Source: Chrysomallon squamiferum
Taxonomy: Eukaryota; Animalia; Mollusca
Direction: 5' to 3'
NCBI GenBank assembly: GCA_012295275.1
Contig: CM022666.1
Span: forward strand, 12,028,001-12,092,000
DNA length: 64,000 bases
Below are positions 24,674 to 39,868 of this stretch, one piece after another. Each line of letters begins with the position of its first letter. Within the stretch, counting starts at the first letter, position 1. The position numbers and the translations under genes were made by a program. The notes under the pieces were generated by a model that saw nothing but the letters and a program-made list of their open reading frames with translations, was not told the DNA's origin and made no database searches.

Positions 24674-27600
24674 ATGGCGTCGAGCGTCAGGTCGAGTCGA
24701 TACCGCTCTTGGAACGTTGGCCACGATGACGGTGGGGATACGAGACTTTTGGAATCGCCAGCACCGGTGACGACGATAACGCCGACGAAGTCAAAAAAGT
24801 CGTTCAGTTTTTGGAGCATTTTTCTGGTTATGCTGATTGCCGGAGTTTTGTTTTTTGTTGGTTTCTTTCTGGGATATTTTTTGAGGGAAAGTTTTGAAGA
24901 GCGACTGAATGTGACAGCGAGATACAGACACAATCTGTTTGACAAAGAGAAACTGGAATCAATTCATGAAAATATTATGTACTTTTTATCGCGAGATCCA
25001 GACAACATTAAAAAGTTTATCAGGTAAGATTTTAACATTCAAAAATGAATTGGATATATCATTATTCACTTAGAATTACTATTAGTCATTTTTTCCTTTG
25101 TGTTTATCGGTTTTGAATTTCATTCGAGTTAACTGAGAGAAATATTGAAAGTTGCATTAGAAACTGTCTTTTATAATTACAATAATAATAATATTAAAAT
25201 TATATATAACAATTATTTTTAAAAATTTCAGAAATATTACAACTGTTATTAAATTATTAGATTATTGCTCGCACCCAATCATTCAGAATGTAACTTTTAC
25301 TTTATGTGATATTAAAAATAAAGATTAGCAAAAGTGCAAACAGATAGTTTATTTAAATGTAAAATAAAAAAAATAAAAATAAAATTATAAAAAAATGTAT
25401 ATATAAAATAAAATAAAATAAAACAAATTAAGAGTTAAAAACATTTTTATTTTTAAAATTTAGGTAGCATTAGAACAACAATTTTAAAACTTGTACATTT
25501 TTAAAATTAGTTTATATGCTGTAAGTAGATGTACTGAATATTTTAGAACAGATTTTAAGTGAATTCATGAAAACCCAGATAATGCCAAAGTACTTGACAA
25601 TGTGACTACAGAACCAGACTTACAGATTGTTTTTGATCTGCAGAAGTTAGGCATTTATCAGGTGACAAGTTGTTCAAACAGACAGGCTCTCAGAATGTTT
25701 GTTATGTACAGCATGGACACTTGAGCTTTTGTGTTCAGGTACATGTACAGTGTCTCATCGTTAAGGTGAACAGAGAGGAAAATCCTAACTTCAAATTTGA
25801 CATCACTTCAACATAATGTGTTCTGTGTGTACTGTAACATCACAACACACACTCAACAGTGTGGATGCAAATACTCTGAACACACTGACACATTTGTGAT
25901 TTAAATTGAGGTTTATTGAAAAGAAACCTGTACAGTGTTGTTCTGTAAATCTGCCTTGTCTGCTCTGAAAATGGTTAAACTTGTTGTGTGCAGTAAAAAC
26001 AGAACACAGTGAAAGTAAATATCTTGTTTACATTGAAACATTTCTGGTTTTGAAATCTCTATTATTAGAGGAAACCTGTACTATATAATTTTCTATGTTT
26101 TATAAATATGTATTCATGGGATATGTTTTTTTTTAATCTTTTAAATAGCCTTCTCTGTAAAATCAAACCACACATTACAGTGTGAAAATAATTATTCTGA
26201 AAAAAAGAGAAGTATTTTCAATTAAAAAAAACCTATTGTTTTTTTCCCACTTTTATATGTTTGTCATTAAATGTTTTATTCTTCCTGGTTTCATTTCTCC
26301 TGAAAGCACCCAGTGGGCTGTTTCTCAACCAGTGTGATTTTCTGTCAGTCATTTTTCAAAGGAATTATATAGATAGTGTGAGTTTGAGAGAGGTTTTTTT
26401 TTGTGTAAAACTACCCCTTGCTGCTGATTTACAAAAGAATAGCATATCACATGACACCTCTTCATTTGTGATTCATTACCATGGCTCCACATAACTGGAT
26501 TACACCATTCAATACATATTTGTTTCTTTAATCATTTATTTTTTTTTATCTGTTGGTTTTCACAGAATGAAACTAACAAACTAACCACACACAGAATACA
26601 AAAAGTATCTGCTGCTAATATCTTTTGTGGATAGATCTTTCTTCTTAAGATTCCAAGATATGTCACCAGTATATATTTCTGTTTTACTCTTAAACAGACA
26701 AGAGTGTTAGACATAAGAGGCAAACATCTATCACAAGCAGTGGGTTTCCTCTTAGTTTATCAGTAGACCATCACAACAAGAGTATGTAACCCCTGCTGTT
26801 TTAACAAAGAGGACTGGGGACTGACAAACCTTCTTGTTTTTGTGTGTGTGTCTGCATGATGACTCACTGCATGTGAATGACAGTGAGCGTTTTCAAACAC
26901 TTGACTACATGTTTGAAGCATGTTTATTTAACAACAACACAGTCATATAGTAATATATATATATCAGATGCCAACCACGTCACTGTGTAAAGTCTGAGAA
27001 GAAAGCCTGCTTTATACTTGTACTTTTCATTACTGTGCCAGAGCATAGACAGTGGCCTCTGATTCACAGAATGGGTTCAGTCTTTGATCAGACACAACCA
27101 GTTATTACAACATAATTATGCTTTCACCAAGCAACAGTCCAGCCCCCTAATGGATAACAGTTGTAAGGATCAGCATGTAATCTTACTTTAATACTTCATT
27201 GGAAAACAAAACAAAAGTGTTTTATCTTAGTATGTTTTCTCACTGTCAGAGGCTACAAAATATGAAATTATCTTTCCCTTTTTTTAGAAGCAAATCATTA
27301 TTTACATTTTTACAAATAGATCATGTCAAATGATCTTTTATTATGATATGTTCCTGGTAAACAAAGTTCTATCTAATTCAACATTCATCAAATGCTTTTG
27401 TATAATGTAATGTATTTTTTAAGGTGTAATTATCTGAGGTGTAATATCAGGTTTTGTAAATGTTTTTTTTTAGGATTTTTTGGGGAATGCATATTATATA
27501 TATTTTGTTTGCAAGAAAACAGTATCCATGTTGATATTCACTTGTTGAGATTACCATGAAGTAACAAATATATTTTAAATATTCAAAATACCACAAATTT

Positions 27601-30600
27601 ATGTTAATTCAAAATTTCATTTGTGACATTCAGTAAATATACTTGAACAATATTTATTACAAACACTTAAATAAATCAGATTTATTTAATGTCAAAAGTC
27701 TTTATTTTTAAAACAGCAGTAAAACATACAGATTAATTTACTTGTCCTGAAAATTTGCATTTTTAACATAATGTTCATAGGAACATTTGAATTACTATTA
27801 TTTTTTTTTTTTTATTATCTGAAAGGAGTAGCATGTAATCTTACTTTAATACTTGTTTCTTCCCATGGACAGAAAGGCACATACCACAGGCTTTGTGTAT
27901 TAATAATGTTGATAAATAAATATAATTAGTAACAAAGTTTTGATATTTTGTTTCAATTGTTCATAACCTTTGTTAATCCTGGAGTCATGGTCTATACAAA
28001 AGTTTGTCAGATATCTTTGATATTTCACATGTAAGAATATTTGTACAGAGATGTGTATGTGCATGTTAATCAGTGACAGAATGTCAACATCTGTGTGTAA
28101 AAGTTTATCGCCTAGCAACAGCTGCTGTTGAACATTAATTATTAGAGAATGCTGTATTAAATATCAGATAACTTACCTGTAACATACCTTACAAAACGTC
28201 ACTTTCACTGCCTGTTGTAATACTTTACAATGTTTAACCAATACAAATAGAAATAAAATATACATGATTTATGAATGTTTATGAACAACTAACCATGAAT
28301 ATAGTAAGATCTACACAAAAACACCTGAATGTGGTTGTATACATTTCTCAGCCATGTGTGTGTGTGTGTTTGTGGGCGTGCGTGCGTGCGTGTGTGTTCA
28401 AATGTGTGTGTATAATAAATGATCAATCAAAAAATAAGTAAAAAGATAAAGAAGATAAAATTCAAACATCTTAAATGGTAAACACAAAACAAGAAAATAA
28501 TAATTATGCATCAATAATAAATTGAAGAAAAAAGGTTTGTTTGAAGCAGGACATACCATATTTATACTTTTTCAATATTACTTATGTAAATGGTATCCCT
28601 GATTATTTAACAGTCATGTTTATTTATAATAATTGATTGTCAATAATATTTAGGTCAGTTTTAGTTCATAATCATTTAAATTGTAATCTGAAATTAATTT
28701 ATTTCTCTACACGTACTTTTAATGTGTGGACTTTAAATATTGATTTTAAAACCAATAATTCATAACAGTTTATTTGGACAATTTTTATGGATCTGTTTAC
28801 TGTCAGAATAAACTGATTTCAAAATCCTTTTTAGTGCTTTGTATTGATCATAGTGTTATTATATATTTATGCAGAGTAGAGAACAAATCATACTGATAAT
28901 ATTACAAATAATGAAACTTACATATAAAAGTTTAATTTTAAATACTGCTTGCTAAATACATGTTCTTTATACAGGTATTAAAAAAAAAAAAGACAAATGT
29001 ATAATTAAGAAACATTTTTCAGATGTAAAAATAAAACCAAACTTCCAGTATACAACTATTAACAACATGACTGCGAATGTATATGTGTGACTATATATAG
29101 TATGTGTGTGTACATTTTCAAAATTAAAGTTTGTTGACACACATGTACACAAACATTAGAACATTTGAACACAGCATAATAGGTAAGTTTTAAGTGATTG
29201 TTATTGATGTTCACCTGTCTGGAACATCCTGACTTCACCTGCTAATTACACTTTTACCTGTACACAAAAGGACATACAGACAGAGAATACAGTTAACTTT
29301 AGTCATGACTACTTAACCACAATATGCCAGTGACTGCTCTGAACTTGAATTACTAGTTCTACTTGAAAGAGAATGTGAATCCTTTTTCTGAGTCAACCAT
29401 GGTGCTCTTGATTCTTCCACATACTTTTTGTATTTGACATAGGTAAACCTTTCTGTAATATCACAGTAATATTGAGGTTCTGGTTAATAAAGACACTCAA
29501 ATAATTTCAATATGACATTCCTATTTTAGTTAAGTGTTTGAAACAGGTTTATGTATCTACCATCATGCATATATGATTATATCATGGATATATAATGAGT
29601 CAGTGAAAGATATGGACTTACATACCTGCATATATAATACTAATAATGGATAAATCTCTTTGAAACTATTCATTATAAAAATGAAAACTGCGGTGTGACA
29701 ATGTGTGTATCAGGACATCCGGTTGCTTCTTGTATTACAACTGTTTAATTGGTTTTTGATTTTAAAGGATTAACATATAATAAAAGTATTTCTGAATATG
29801 TGTGTGTGTCTGGCTGGGTGGGTGTGCACCAAACCATTTATCCTACTTCTAGAAATAAGGAAAATTCAAATAACTTATTTTTTAATCTGGCAACTTTTGA
29901 ATTAAGCATCCATTGCTTTAGTTTCATTTTACCAATTCAAATAAGGTGTTGCTGTGCATAGGTGATCCTATAAAATTTAATAAAAATAATATTATGACAC
30001 CATAAAAATACCAACACAGTTGAGACAGTTTGTGTTTTGATTAATAATGATTATTAAGAATAAAAAATTCTTCTGCTACCAGTATGCTAGGTTGAGATCT
30101 TTGTACATTCCCAGAGACAGGACAATGCACACCATGACGTTTAAAATGCATCAGACACCTGTTTTAACCAGTCCACCTAGATGATTTGAAATAACATTGT
30201 AAGGAATGTTGGTTTTCATAGTAAGAAAGGATATATAGTTTAAGATGTGTTAATATTATAGTGTACTTTTTCTAGTTGATCAAAGTGTTGATAAATAAAT
30301 GTTTTTAAAGCTGTGTATTTTATGTGTGACATAAGCTGACATGTCACAGCTAAAACCTGATAATCATCCAATGTTTGGGAGTTAATTTCTGTATTCCACA
30401 TGTCAGTTTCTTCTTCATGAGTGTAATTATGTTTTATCCATACTTACTAATGTAACTGCTTACTGGACACAAACCTTTTGTATACAGATGTGTTCTCTTT
30501 ATCTTTTAACAGAGGAGATATATCCAGGTATATTAAATTGTCTAACACCTGTCAGTGAGCACTGGACTGGCAAATAGGATAGTAATCTGACTAAGCTATT

Positions 30601-30936
30601 TAAATCATCTGTTTATATTTATTATAGTGTAGGCAAATCATATTGTCCTTAAAATACAGTTGTTTGGATTCAGAGATATATCACTGGGGAATATATGATA
30701 TTAACATATTTTGATATTATGATGTTAAATACACAGGTGCTGACTTCCCCAAATTAGTATTTGAAGAAATAAAAACATGAAATATAATACTTTTAAAAAT
30801 CTTACGAAATAAATAAATCTACAGTATAATTTAAATTAGTTCTTTTCAAATTTCCAAAAACTCAAACAGTTGTTGTTGACTTAATTATGAATGAGAGTTA
30901 TGGCATCAACAGGTTAATTTATTACTATTCATTTTA

Positions 30937-30967
<31 letters not shown>

Positions 30968-33900
30968 GTTGCTTTTTATTTTACTTTGTTGTTGTTGTTC
31001 TGTTTGTTTTTTGTTTTGTTTTATTTCTATTATTATCTTTTTTCTATTATATATATATTGAGGGAGTGTGGCTGATAAACATGTAAACACATTTCTGAAT
31101 TATTCGACCAAGCACCTTTGTAATGACATAGCTAACCAGTATAGACATGAACAGCAGGAGTTGCTTACTCTGTTTTACAAGACTGAGAAAGTCTTAACCT
31201 GCCAGTACAGGTGAAGATATCATGCAGGAGTTAGTATGTCAGAGGATTAATGGATTTGATGTAGTTGACTTAAAATATCAGTCAGTGCTAGTTAAAAACT
31301 CCATGTTGCTGTAGACCACCCACACACATCTACACTCACAACAGCATGTAATGAGATTCAGACAACAATGTTTTTGTTATGATTAATGTTGTAGAGAATA
31401 CAGTTAATATAGTGGATTTGGAGTTTATTAATTTATCTCCTGACCACCATACAACCAGACATCTATCTTTGGAAGTTTGTTAAATAATATTTTATCCTCT
31501 TTGTCAAGCAGGTATTATTAAATCCATCAACCAAATTTTTTCATTGACAGGACTTGTAAGTTGATCTGTAGAGTTTTTGTCAGTAAAAGCTGTTTAACTA
31601 GACTTAAGAAGATTGTGCTTCATAAGCTCATTTCAGAAATCAGCAAACAGAAGCTAAACCATCAACACTACTGACTGTTTTGATTTCAGTTCAAAATAAC
31701 ATAATAGCTCAATAGAAACAGCTGTATAATGTTTTGTGAAGATTTTTTCAGACTACTATTTGAAAGTAATTCTGTTTCATAAATGTATGTTTTCATACTG
31801 TGATAATTGTCTTTGTTACATGTTCTACAATCATGCCATAGGTAATATTGAATGCACATGTATAAACATACATGTACACACATAGTCATACTATATGAGT
31901 AAGACATTACTTTGTTCAATTATCTAAATGCAAATAATTTTTAGTCAAAAAATATTTCACATCAAATCTAAAACACCTGCCCAGACAGGCCAGTGTAGAG
32001 AGAATGAAATACTGTGTAAGATTACAGGCAGTCATAAATAAACCTACACAAAATACGTTTGTCATCTCTGTTACAGAAAATTAGCCAAAGACTACAAATC
32101 AGTATAACAAAGAGTGCAAGCAATTTTGACGTTACAAAGAGAGCATAGAGTTATTACTATTACTGTTTTATATTTAACCAGACTGTCAGTAAGTTACAAA
32201 GATTATACAGCATAGAGTTATTTAACTATTACTGTGTGTTTACATTGTGTTTGTGTGTGTGTGTATGATTTAACTATAAATTACTGTTACACAGTGTGTG
32301 TGTATGATTTAACCAGACTGTCAGTAAGTTATTACTATTACTGTGTGTTTAACCAGACTGTGATTTAACATGTAAGTTATTACTATTACTGTGTGTTCAT
32401 TTTAACCAGTCTGTTTTATTATAAAAAACAGTCTGTGTGTGATTTAACCAGATGGTCAGTAAGTTATTACTATTACTGTGTGTACATTGTGTTTATAAAA
32501 GAGTGTGTGTATGATTTAACCAGATTGTCAGTAAGTTATTACTATTACTGTGTACATTATAAAGTGTGTGTGTGTGTGTATGATTTAACTAGACTCAGTA
32601 AGTTATTACTATTACTGTGTGTACATTACACAGTGTATGTGTATGATTTAACCAGACTGTCAGTAAGTTATTGCTATTACTGTGTGTACATTACACAGTG
32701 TGTATGATTTAACCCGACTGTCAGTAAGTTATTACTATTACTGTGTGTACATTACACAGTGTGTATGATTTAACCCGACTGTAACTTGGAATGCACTGAG
32801 TGGTGTTTGATTTCAATGTCTACACATCACTGGATCATCACACCTGTTTTCACTAACAAAGAACACCATTACCTTCTCTCTCCTCCTGTTATTAAAACTT
32901 CTGCACCATTCTTTTCATCTCACCTGCTTTTGTTACCAGTAAAATAAGAAAACGGAACAAGCTTGATAGTGAATGCAAATTAGTTTATAAAAGAAATTAA
33001 ATTCAGCTCTGTTAATAACAGATGTTGTTAACCTTTCAGAGGTGTATTGTGACTTTACCTTTGTCTGGGACAGTTTGGTGATAAAGAATTCCCTTTGATG
33101 TACATTACCTGTCAAACAAACGCTTTTCTCCTGTTCCTGTTTGTAACAGAGATTAGGTATTTTCTGATAAAATCTGTTTACTTCACTGTAGCATCATAAA
33201 AGAGATGTAGAAGATAAATTACTGTGTAAATATATTTATACTGACAAACTGGTTTCTTGCATACTGTTTCAAAAACACTGTGTATATTTCAAAAGTTTTA
33301 AAGTTTATGTTGGTTTAAAAACACAAACTGACATAGGTTTCAAACCTACTAGTTTATAAGCATGTTGACTTAGTTTCATTTGATATACTGTGTTTCATAA
33401 TGCCATGTATATGAGAAATATGACACAAAATTACACAAGTACAGTTAAAACTTTTTAGAAGTTTCTATGTACTTATATATCTGTATTTATTAATTCCATT
33501 TTTTTTAAAGTGAAATGAAATAATGTTTTTATATGAAACAAAGTAGCTTTTAAGTATCTCTTTCTTTTATGTAAATTAATATATTTTTATTTATTATATT
33601 TCATTTTATTATATTATTTTATTTTATTTTATTTTATAATTTTGTTTATTTTCAAAATTAGAAAAAAACTCCAGTCCAGTTTTAATTTCATTTAATATTT
33701 ATAAAACAGTAAAAAGGGCCACTTATTGTATTATTTAGTATCTGTGAGTATGTGTCTATACAGTGTAATACACTGCTTTGATGTTTTAAGAATGTTACAT
33801 TGCATTTTACATTTTTTTACAGTTATTACACTGTTATACCCCATGATTGCATGATAAAAATTTTTTTTATTTATTTATTAAACATCATTATTTTGTTGTA

Positions 33901-36900
33901 CCTTATTGTAAGCAACTACAGATTTAAAAAACAAAATTAAAATCTTGGAATTAAAAATATATATTTATTTATTAGACAGTTTAATTATACAGCACAGGCT
34001 ACACTTTAAATAAACACTTGTAGATTTGTTTATACATTTCTTAAAGATAAAATTTTGGTTTCTGAAATACTGTCATTTATGGCATGCTTAATTTATCTTG
34101 TTTTTCCATCGTTCTTTCAATGGATCATTGCCTTCAAACATTCCAGGTAAGTTGTAAAAATACCTGTGTAGACCAGGTGATTTGTTTGAGTTTGAGTTTA
34201 TATGGCTCATTTAGTTCATTTTACTACCCGACAGGTATGATCTATTGTAATTATTGATGGAGACGTTTATATAATATTACCTGTTACTGTATTCACACCT
34301 GACTACAGTGACATTTTAATCCTGAATGGTCACTTTTATTACCTGTCTGTCTTACCTCTCTGTCTTACCTGTGTCTTACCTTCATACTGAATGGTTATGT
34401 TAACATTTATAGCTAAATTTTATAGCTTTCTGTTTCGTTACATTATTTACTCATTTAGTTATGTTTATATATTTGTTTGTTTTAATTTAATTTCTATATC
34501 TGTTAAAAGGTTCTTTAGCTGCTTAATTTTTTGAATCAAAAATCTGTGTTCACTGAATATGTTTTTATCAGGCAACAACAAAATAAATTATGTTCAACAC
34601 CCAGGATATGATTAATATTAATGGCATACACATTAAAAGGCTTGTCTGGTGCAGTAATACATATTCGTGTTCAACAAACAGAAATAAAATATTATTAAAA
34701 ATAAAAATAATAAAAAATAAAAAATTGTTTCACATTCGCACTAATAAAGAAGGGAAAATGAAATATTCATGTATCAACAATTTTTATTGAAAAATAATGA
34801 TACATGTTTGAATTACATTTCATTAACAATTTTTTAGTACTTATAACATTACAGAAGTTTGTAACTGAAATACATATTATATAATACTCATCTATTCAAC
34901 ATAAACCTATAACTAAATGAAATATTTCCACCTTTCATTAATACAGGTATTTCAGATGTCAGTGTAAAGTTTATACAGATCTGTTTATGTTCATTTGTGA
35001 AATCCACTGTATTTTGCCTGAATGTGGAAAATATTCATGTTTTCAGCATGAATGTGAGCTGGGTCTGTGTTTACCATTGACTCCAAATAACAAAATGTAT
35101 CTCAGCTGAAATAAAACAAATAAATAAATAAATAAATAAATGTCTGCTTTATGAGAATTCACAATACAGAGCTTCTCACAAACAGTTAGTATTTCTCTTT
35201 ATTAACATGCAAATGAGCATTATCTACTGATATTCATTAGGATAAATAAACTATATTACTGTCACGTATCCGTTACAACTTTCAAAGGCAGACCTATATA
35301 TTTAATATTCATGTTGGCTTCTTCAGTTTTTATTTATTTTCTCACACACATATAAACGTCAGGGGACTTTCAAATGTCAATATTTAAACGCAGATCAAAT
35401 TTATGAAGTAACAATATTTCAACAAACTGGGTGAGGCTGTGTGATAGCAGATTTATATTATTTCAAGTGGTTTTATGGTCTTGTTTTTAAAACTGGCACA
35501 TGTACAGTATTATTTTACATTTGCAAAGTCATCTTTGCTTGCTTGTGTTCAAATTCCAGAGATAATACATCTAAAGTTACATTCAGTTGTTGTTTTTTGA
35601 TATTTACCTGTTAATATCTCTTTCTCCTCTCTCTTTTTATCTTTCTTTTTCTCTCTCTCTCTGTCTCTCTCTCTCTTTTTTATTTGATTTCACCCTTCAG
35701 AGCTTATCTGTTTTTATTTTATTTTTTTCAGGATCCACATACATTGTTACAAAAAAGAAATATATTGTTAATAATATATAGAGAATGAGTTATTACATGA
35801 TGTATTGACTTGCAGAAACCACAGAATGGTGAAAGTTTGTTTCACACTGATTCAGTCATCCTCACAAACCTGGTTAATATTTCAGTGAATTTGGTGAAAG
35901 TTTTTTTTTTTTTTTTCACTGTTTCTGCACTGAAAATGGAGATGTCAAATACTGAGAGGAAAGTGGGGTTTTTTTTCATCCTCAACAATTGGCGTGTTAA
36001 CTATTTGCATTATTGAACTGGTTAATATTTATTTAAAAGATCATTCATGTTGGTGGAAAATCAATAAATTAGTATTTAAAATAAAGAAATAAATCAATTT
36101 TTATAAATTAATTTTTTTTTTATAGTAGTGAACTGGTGATTATTATTAAAAATGGATGTCAAAAATTAAATAATCATATATTTTTCAAAGTTTTTTTTTT
36201 TTATTTATGAATTGTTTTCAGTAAAATAATAATGGTTGAAAATTCTGTGTGTTAAAATACGACTATTTTGAATTCATTCTTCAAATTTATACAAGTAATG
36301 TGTACAAAAACATTTTTCAATAAAACAAAACCAGCATGATTAGTTGCCATTAAATAAATTTCCTTTTTGACTTTGAATGGATCAGGTTTTAGTTGTAGAG
36401 ACATGAAGTCTGCCAGTCATTTTGTTTAATTACAGATTTGACGTTTAAAATATGTGTAATCTACACTTTCATCTCTGGGGCTTTCAGCTCCCTACAGCAG
36501 AGTTTCCTAACCTGTTCAGATAACCTTATCTCAGGAAGTGCACAATATCTTCTCTTAGCTCTATATTCCTTCTCTCTCTCTTGTTTTTTTTTTGTTTGTT
36601 TTTTTTTTTGTTGAAGCAGTTTTAAAACTACAATAATTTAATTTTGCATTAAAAACACAACAGGAAAAAAGAATCAATGTCATATTAGTTTTTCAAACAG
36701 TCACTCCCAATAACTAACAATATTGCTTGAGTTATCAATGGAAACACAAACACATTACACAAATTTATGTTAGGAATTCAGTGTGAAAGGGAACATACCT
36801 TCTACCCCTGGAGTACAGGTTCTCTCTGTTACTGTTTACCCCACTAGGATTACCCCACAATAGTTATTTTTCTGTGTTTTTACACATACCATGCACACAT

Positions 36901-39679
36901 ATATCTGAATATGACCAAGGAGGAAACAGTCATTGACTTATAACATATGAAGGTTCCAAGGTGTTTTAACAACAAGTTGTCTAATAAACATAAAATATAT
37001 ACTCTACATAAATAATGTCATTTTATTTTATGTTATTAAAGTTTTTAAATCTCATTTGAGAGAGGGGTGGCACCACAAATAAGTAAACTCTTGATAAAAG
37101 ACACCACAGGGTTGGGTAGTATGTATGGTAATACACCAGTGTAATAAAACCTGTATAATATGGACTGATACAAAATACCTCCTGTAGGTGTCACTTGGTT
37201 GTTATATTGTATCTTGTGATTCAAGCCAGCTTGTCTATGGATGAATTTTTATAGTTTTATTTTTCTATTTACCAATGTGAGGCAATAAAATAAAATAAAA
37301 ACCCAGCTGGCTTTCTGTGAAAATGTTTATGATTTCATTCTTGATAGCATTCCAAATGGAAAAATTTAAACCAGAAGAAATATATCTTGATATTCCTAAT
37401 AATAAGATGTTATAGCAAGAAAAAACAGTAATATATTCCACTTAAAAAAAAACTATTTGTATTTATTCATTATATTTATTATATTATTTTTATTTCTATA
37501 AAAGTTTTTTTTGTTTTGACACAAAATCAGTTAAAATTGCATATATTCCTGAAAAGTTCAACATTTGTTCTGACAAGTTAAGATTATTTTGTATCATTTT
37601 TCTTTATCAGCAAGGTAATGTAATGTGATTTGTTCAGGAATAATTTTAAAAGATTGGCGATATCAAATTATCACATTTCATCTTGCCAAGCTGTTTTGTC
37701 AGAGGTGAGATGTTCTGTTACTTCATTTATATCAGTTATTTTACAGTTATTCTTTAAAGCAGCTGAATGGCCTGAATATATATAAAATTTATTATTTAGA
37801 CAATTTTCTACTTCAACTGGACTGCTCCACTGAAACAAGTGTTTTGTGAAATTAGAAAGTTATGTTAGTCAATTGATAAAATAAAAATAATCATAATAAA
37901 GAGACAGATAAGGCAGAACCGTTAAAAAACATTTTTATTTCATTGTTCCTGTGGTAACCTGGACATGGTTAACCAGCTTCAAGTTTATAGTTTATGGAAG
38001 TATCTGATCAGGTTTAGTTTAGTGATTCATGAGTTACTGCTAAATAAAGCACTTCTAGTGTTTAGTAATAAAATGTAGCATTTTAAGAGTCTTTGTTTTA
38101 ACTGTGGTGAAGATGTTTTTGTGTTTCTCAGATATTCAGAACATCAAAGTGTATCCTTCCTGGCAACACAAGTAAAAAAAAATGTTTATATGAAGTTTTG
38201 ATTAGCTGTTTATTTATTGCTGAAATAAAAGTGTTGTTGAAGAAAATATCTCTTTCTTGTTTGCCTACATAAAATACTGGTTTGCTGCTTTTATTTGGCT
38301 GCTTGTTTATCTGTCTGGAAATTTATTTACTCAGCTCTTAAGGAAATCATTTTAAAAAAAAAATCAAAAGAAAATCTTAAATGTTAGTTTTTGTTTTTGT
38401 TCTTGATGATGGTGATGGAGTATGTCCATAAACCTGATTATGAAGAAACAACCTTTCATTTGAAGTTTGTTTTTAGAATATCACTGTTGTCCACATAATA
38501 AATAATGACACTGGCAATAACAATAACAGCCATGGCAACAAGAATAATAATTTTTATTACTGTTTTGTTGTTTTTGTTGTTGTTGTTACATCTTAGAAGC
38601 AAAGAACAGAAATTCATGTAAATTAGTACCTCATCCTTATTTTCTTTCTGACCAACAAACAAAATAATAAGTGATTTATTAATTAGTGTATGAGTTCTTG
38701 GTGTTTTGCTTTCTTTAAGTTGTATCAAAGGTTTTCAAGAATCAAGAATGTCTGTGAAATAAATATTAATTACTGATTAATTACTGATTGTTTAATATTT
38801 AGAATAACATTAATTGTATTATTTTCATATTTATCATAATATGTATTTGGTGGTATTTTTAGAGTTTACCATTAATGATACAAAAAAAATAGTTTAAGTA
38901 AATTCTGCATAATTCAAGAAAATGAAGTAGGTGTTTAAGATTGTCTGTTATTTCAGAAAGTTCATATTGCAGACCCACTGATTGAAAAAGAAAAATGAAG
39001 ATGATTTTAGATACATTTTTGTAATTGATAGTTGTTTGTGGTATTTCAGGGAGTTTGGTGCTGCTGATCCCCTGACTAACAGCATTCGAGAGAAAAAACT
39101 GGAACATACTGTATACCAGCAGCTGCTCAACTACAACTTTGACAGTGTTGATGTTGATGAATACAGTATAGTTGTAACCTACCCCAACCCAAACCAGCCA
39201 AATCAGCTTGAGGTTGTCAACAAATCGGGCAAGCTTCTGGCTAACTTCACACTGAAGAATTCCGAAACAGAGGAAGACAACTTTGGCCCAATTATCAAGA
39301 CTTTGGGAATAGACAGACATTATGCAAAATATCCCTATGTGGCCTTTTCTTCAGCAGGAACAGCAGAGGTGAGTAATAGATTTATAATTTATATACATGT
39401 TGGTTCTGATTGACAAAGGCCAATGTTTCCTTTCTACTTCAAAGAATAAATTTAAAGAAATGAATTAATGAAAAAATAAATAATAAAATCATTAATATTA
39501 ATAAATTAAATAGAGATAAATAAAATAAATATATGTTGTTTAACATAATAATATATTTCAAATAAAGATAAAAACACCAAATCATTGTAATAATTTGGTT
39601 TAGTAAAATATTGTAATAAAATAACATTGGTGTAAACTCACTGAAAATAGTAGTGAAATTGACCATGCTTCTGTGTACC

Positions 39680-39720
<41 letters not shown>

Positions 39721-39837
39721 ACATGCATGTTTGTGCATGTTTGTAGATAGATGCAAAACATTTTATTTTCAAAATTGTAATTATCAGCAATTACTACAAA
39801 CTGATGAATAATTACTCATCTCGAAAAATAATTTATC

Positions 39838-39868
<31 letters not shown>

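Noticed and set aside
24403-24945. 180-aa minus-strand ORF and other ORFs overlapping real exons (38859-39320, 52165-52524, 62730-63020)
   Set aside because: Antisense or off-frame shadows of GC-richer coding exons with no recognisable domain.
38132-38160. Possible micro-exon with U12-type donor GTATCCTT
   Set aside because: 19 nt would break the frame, and no U12 branch site precedes the acceptor at 39049; exons 1 and 2 already join in phase.
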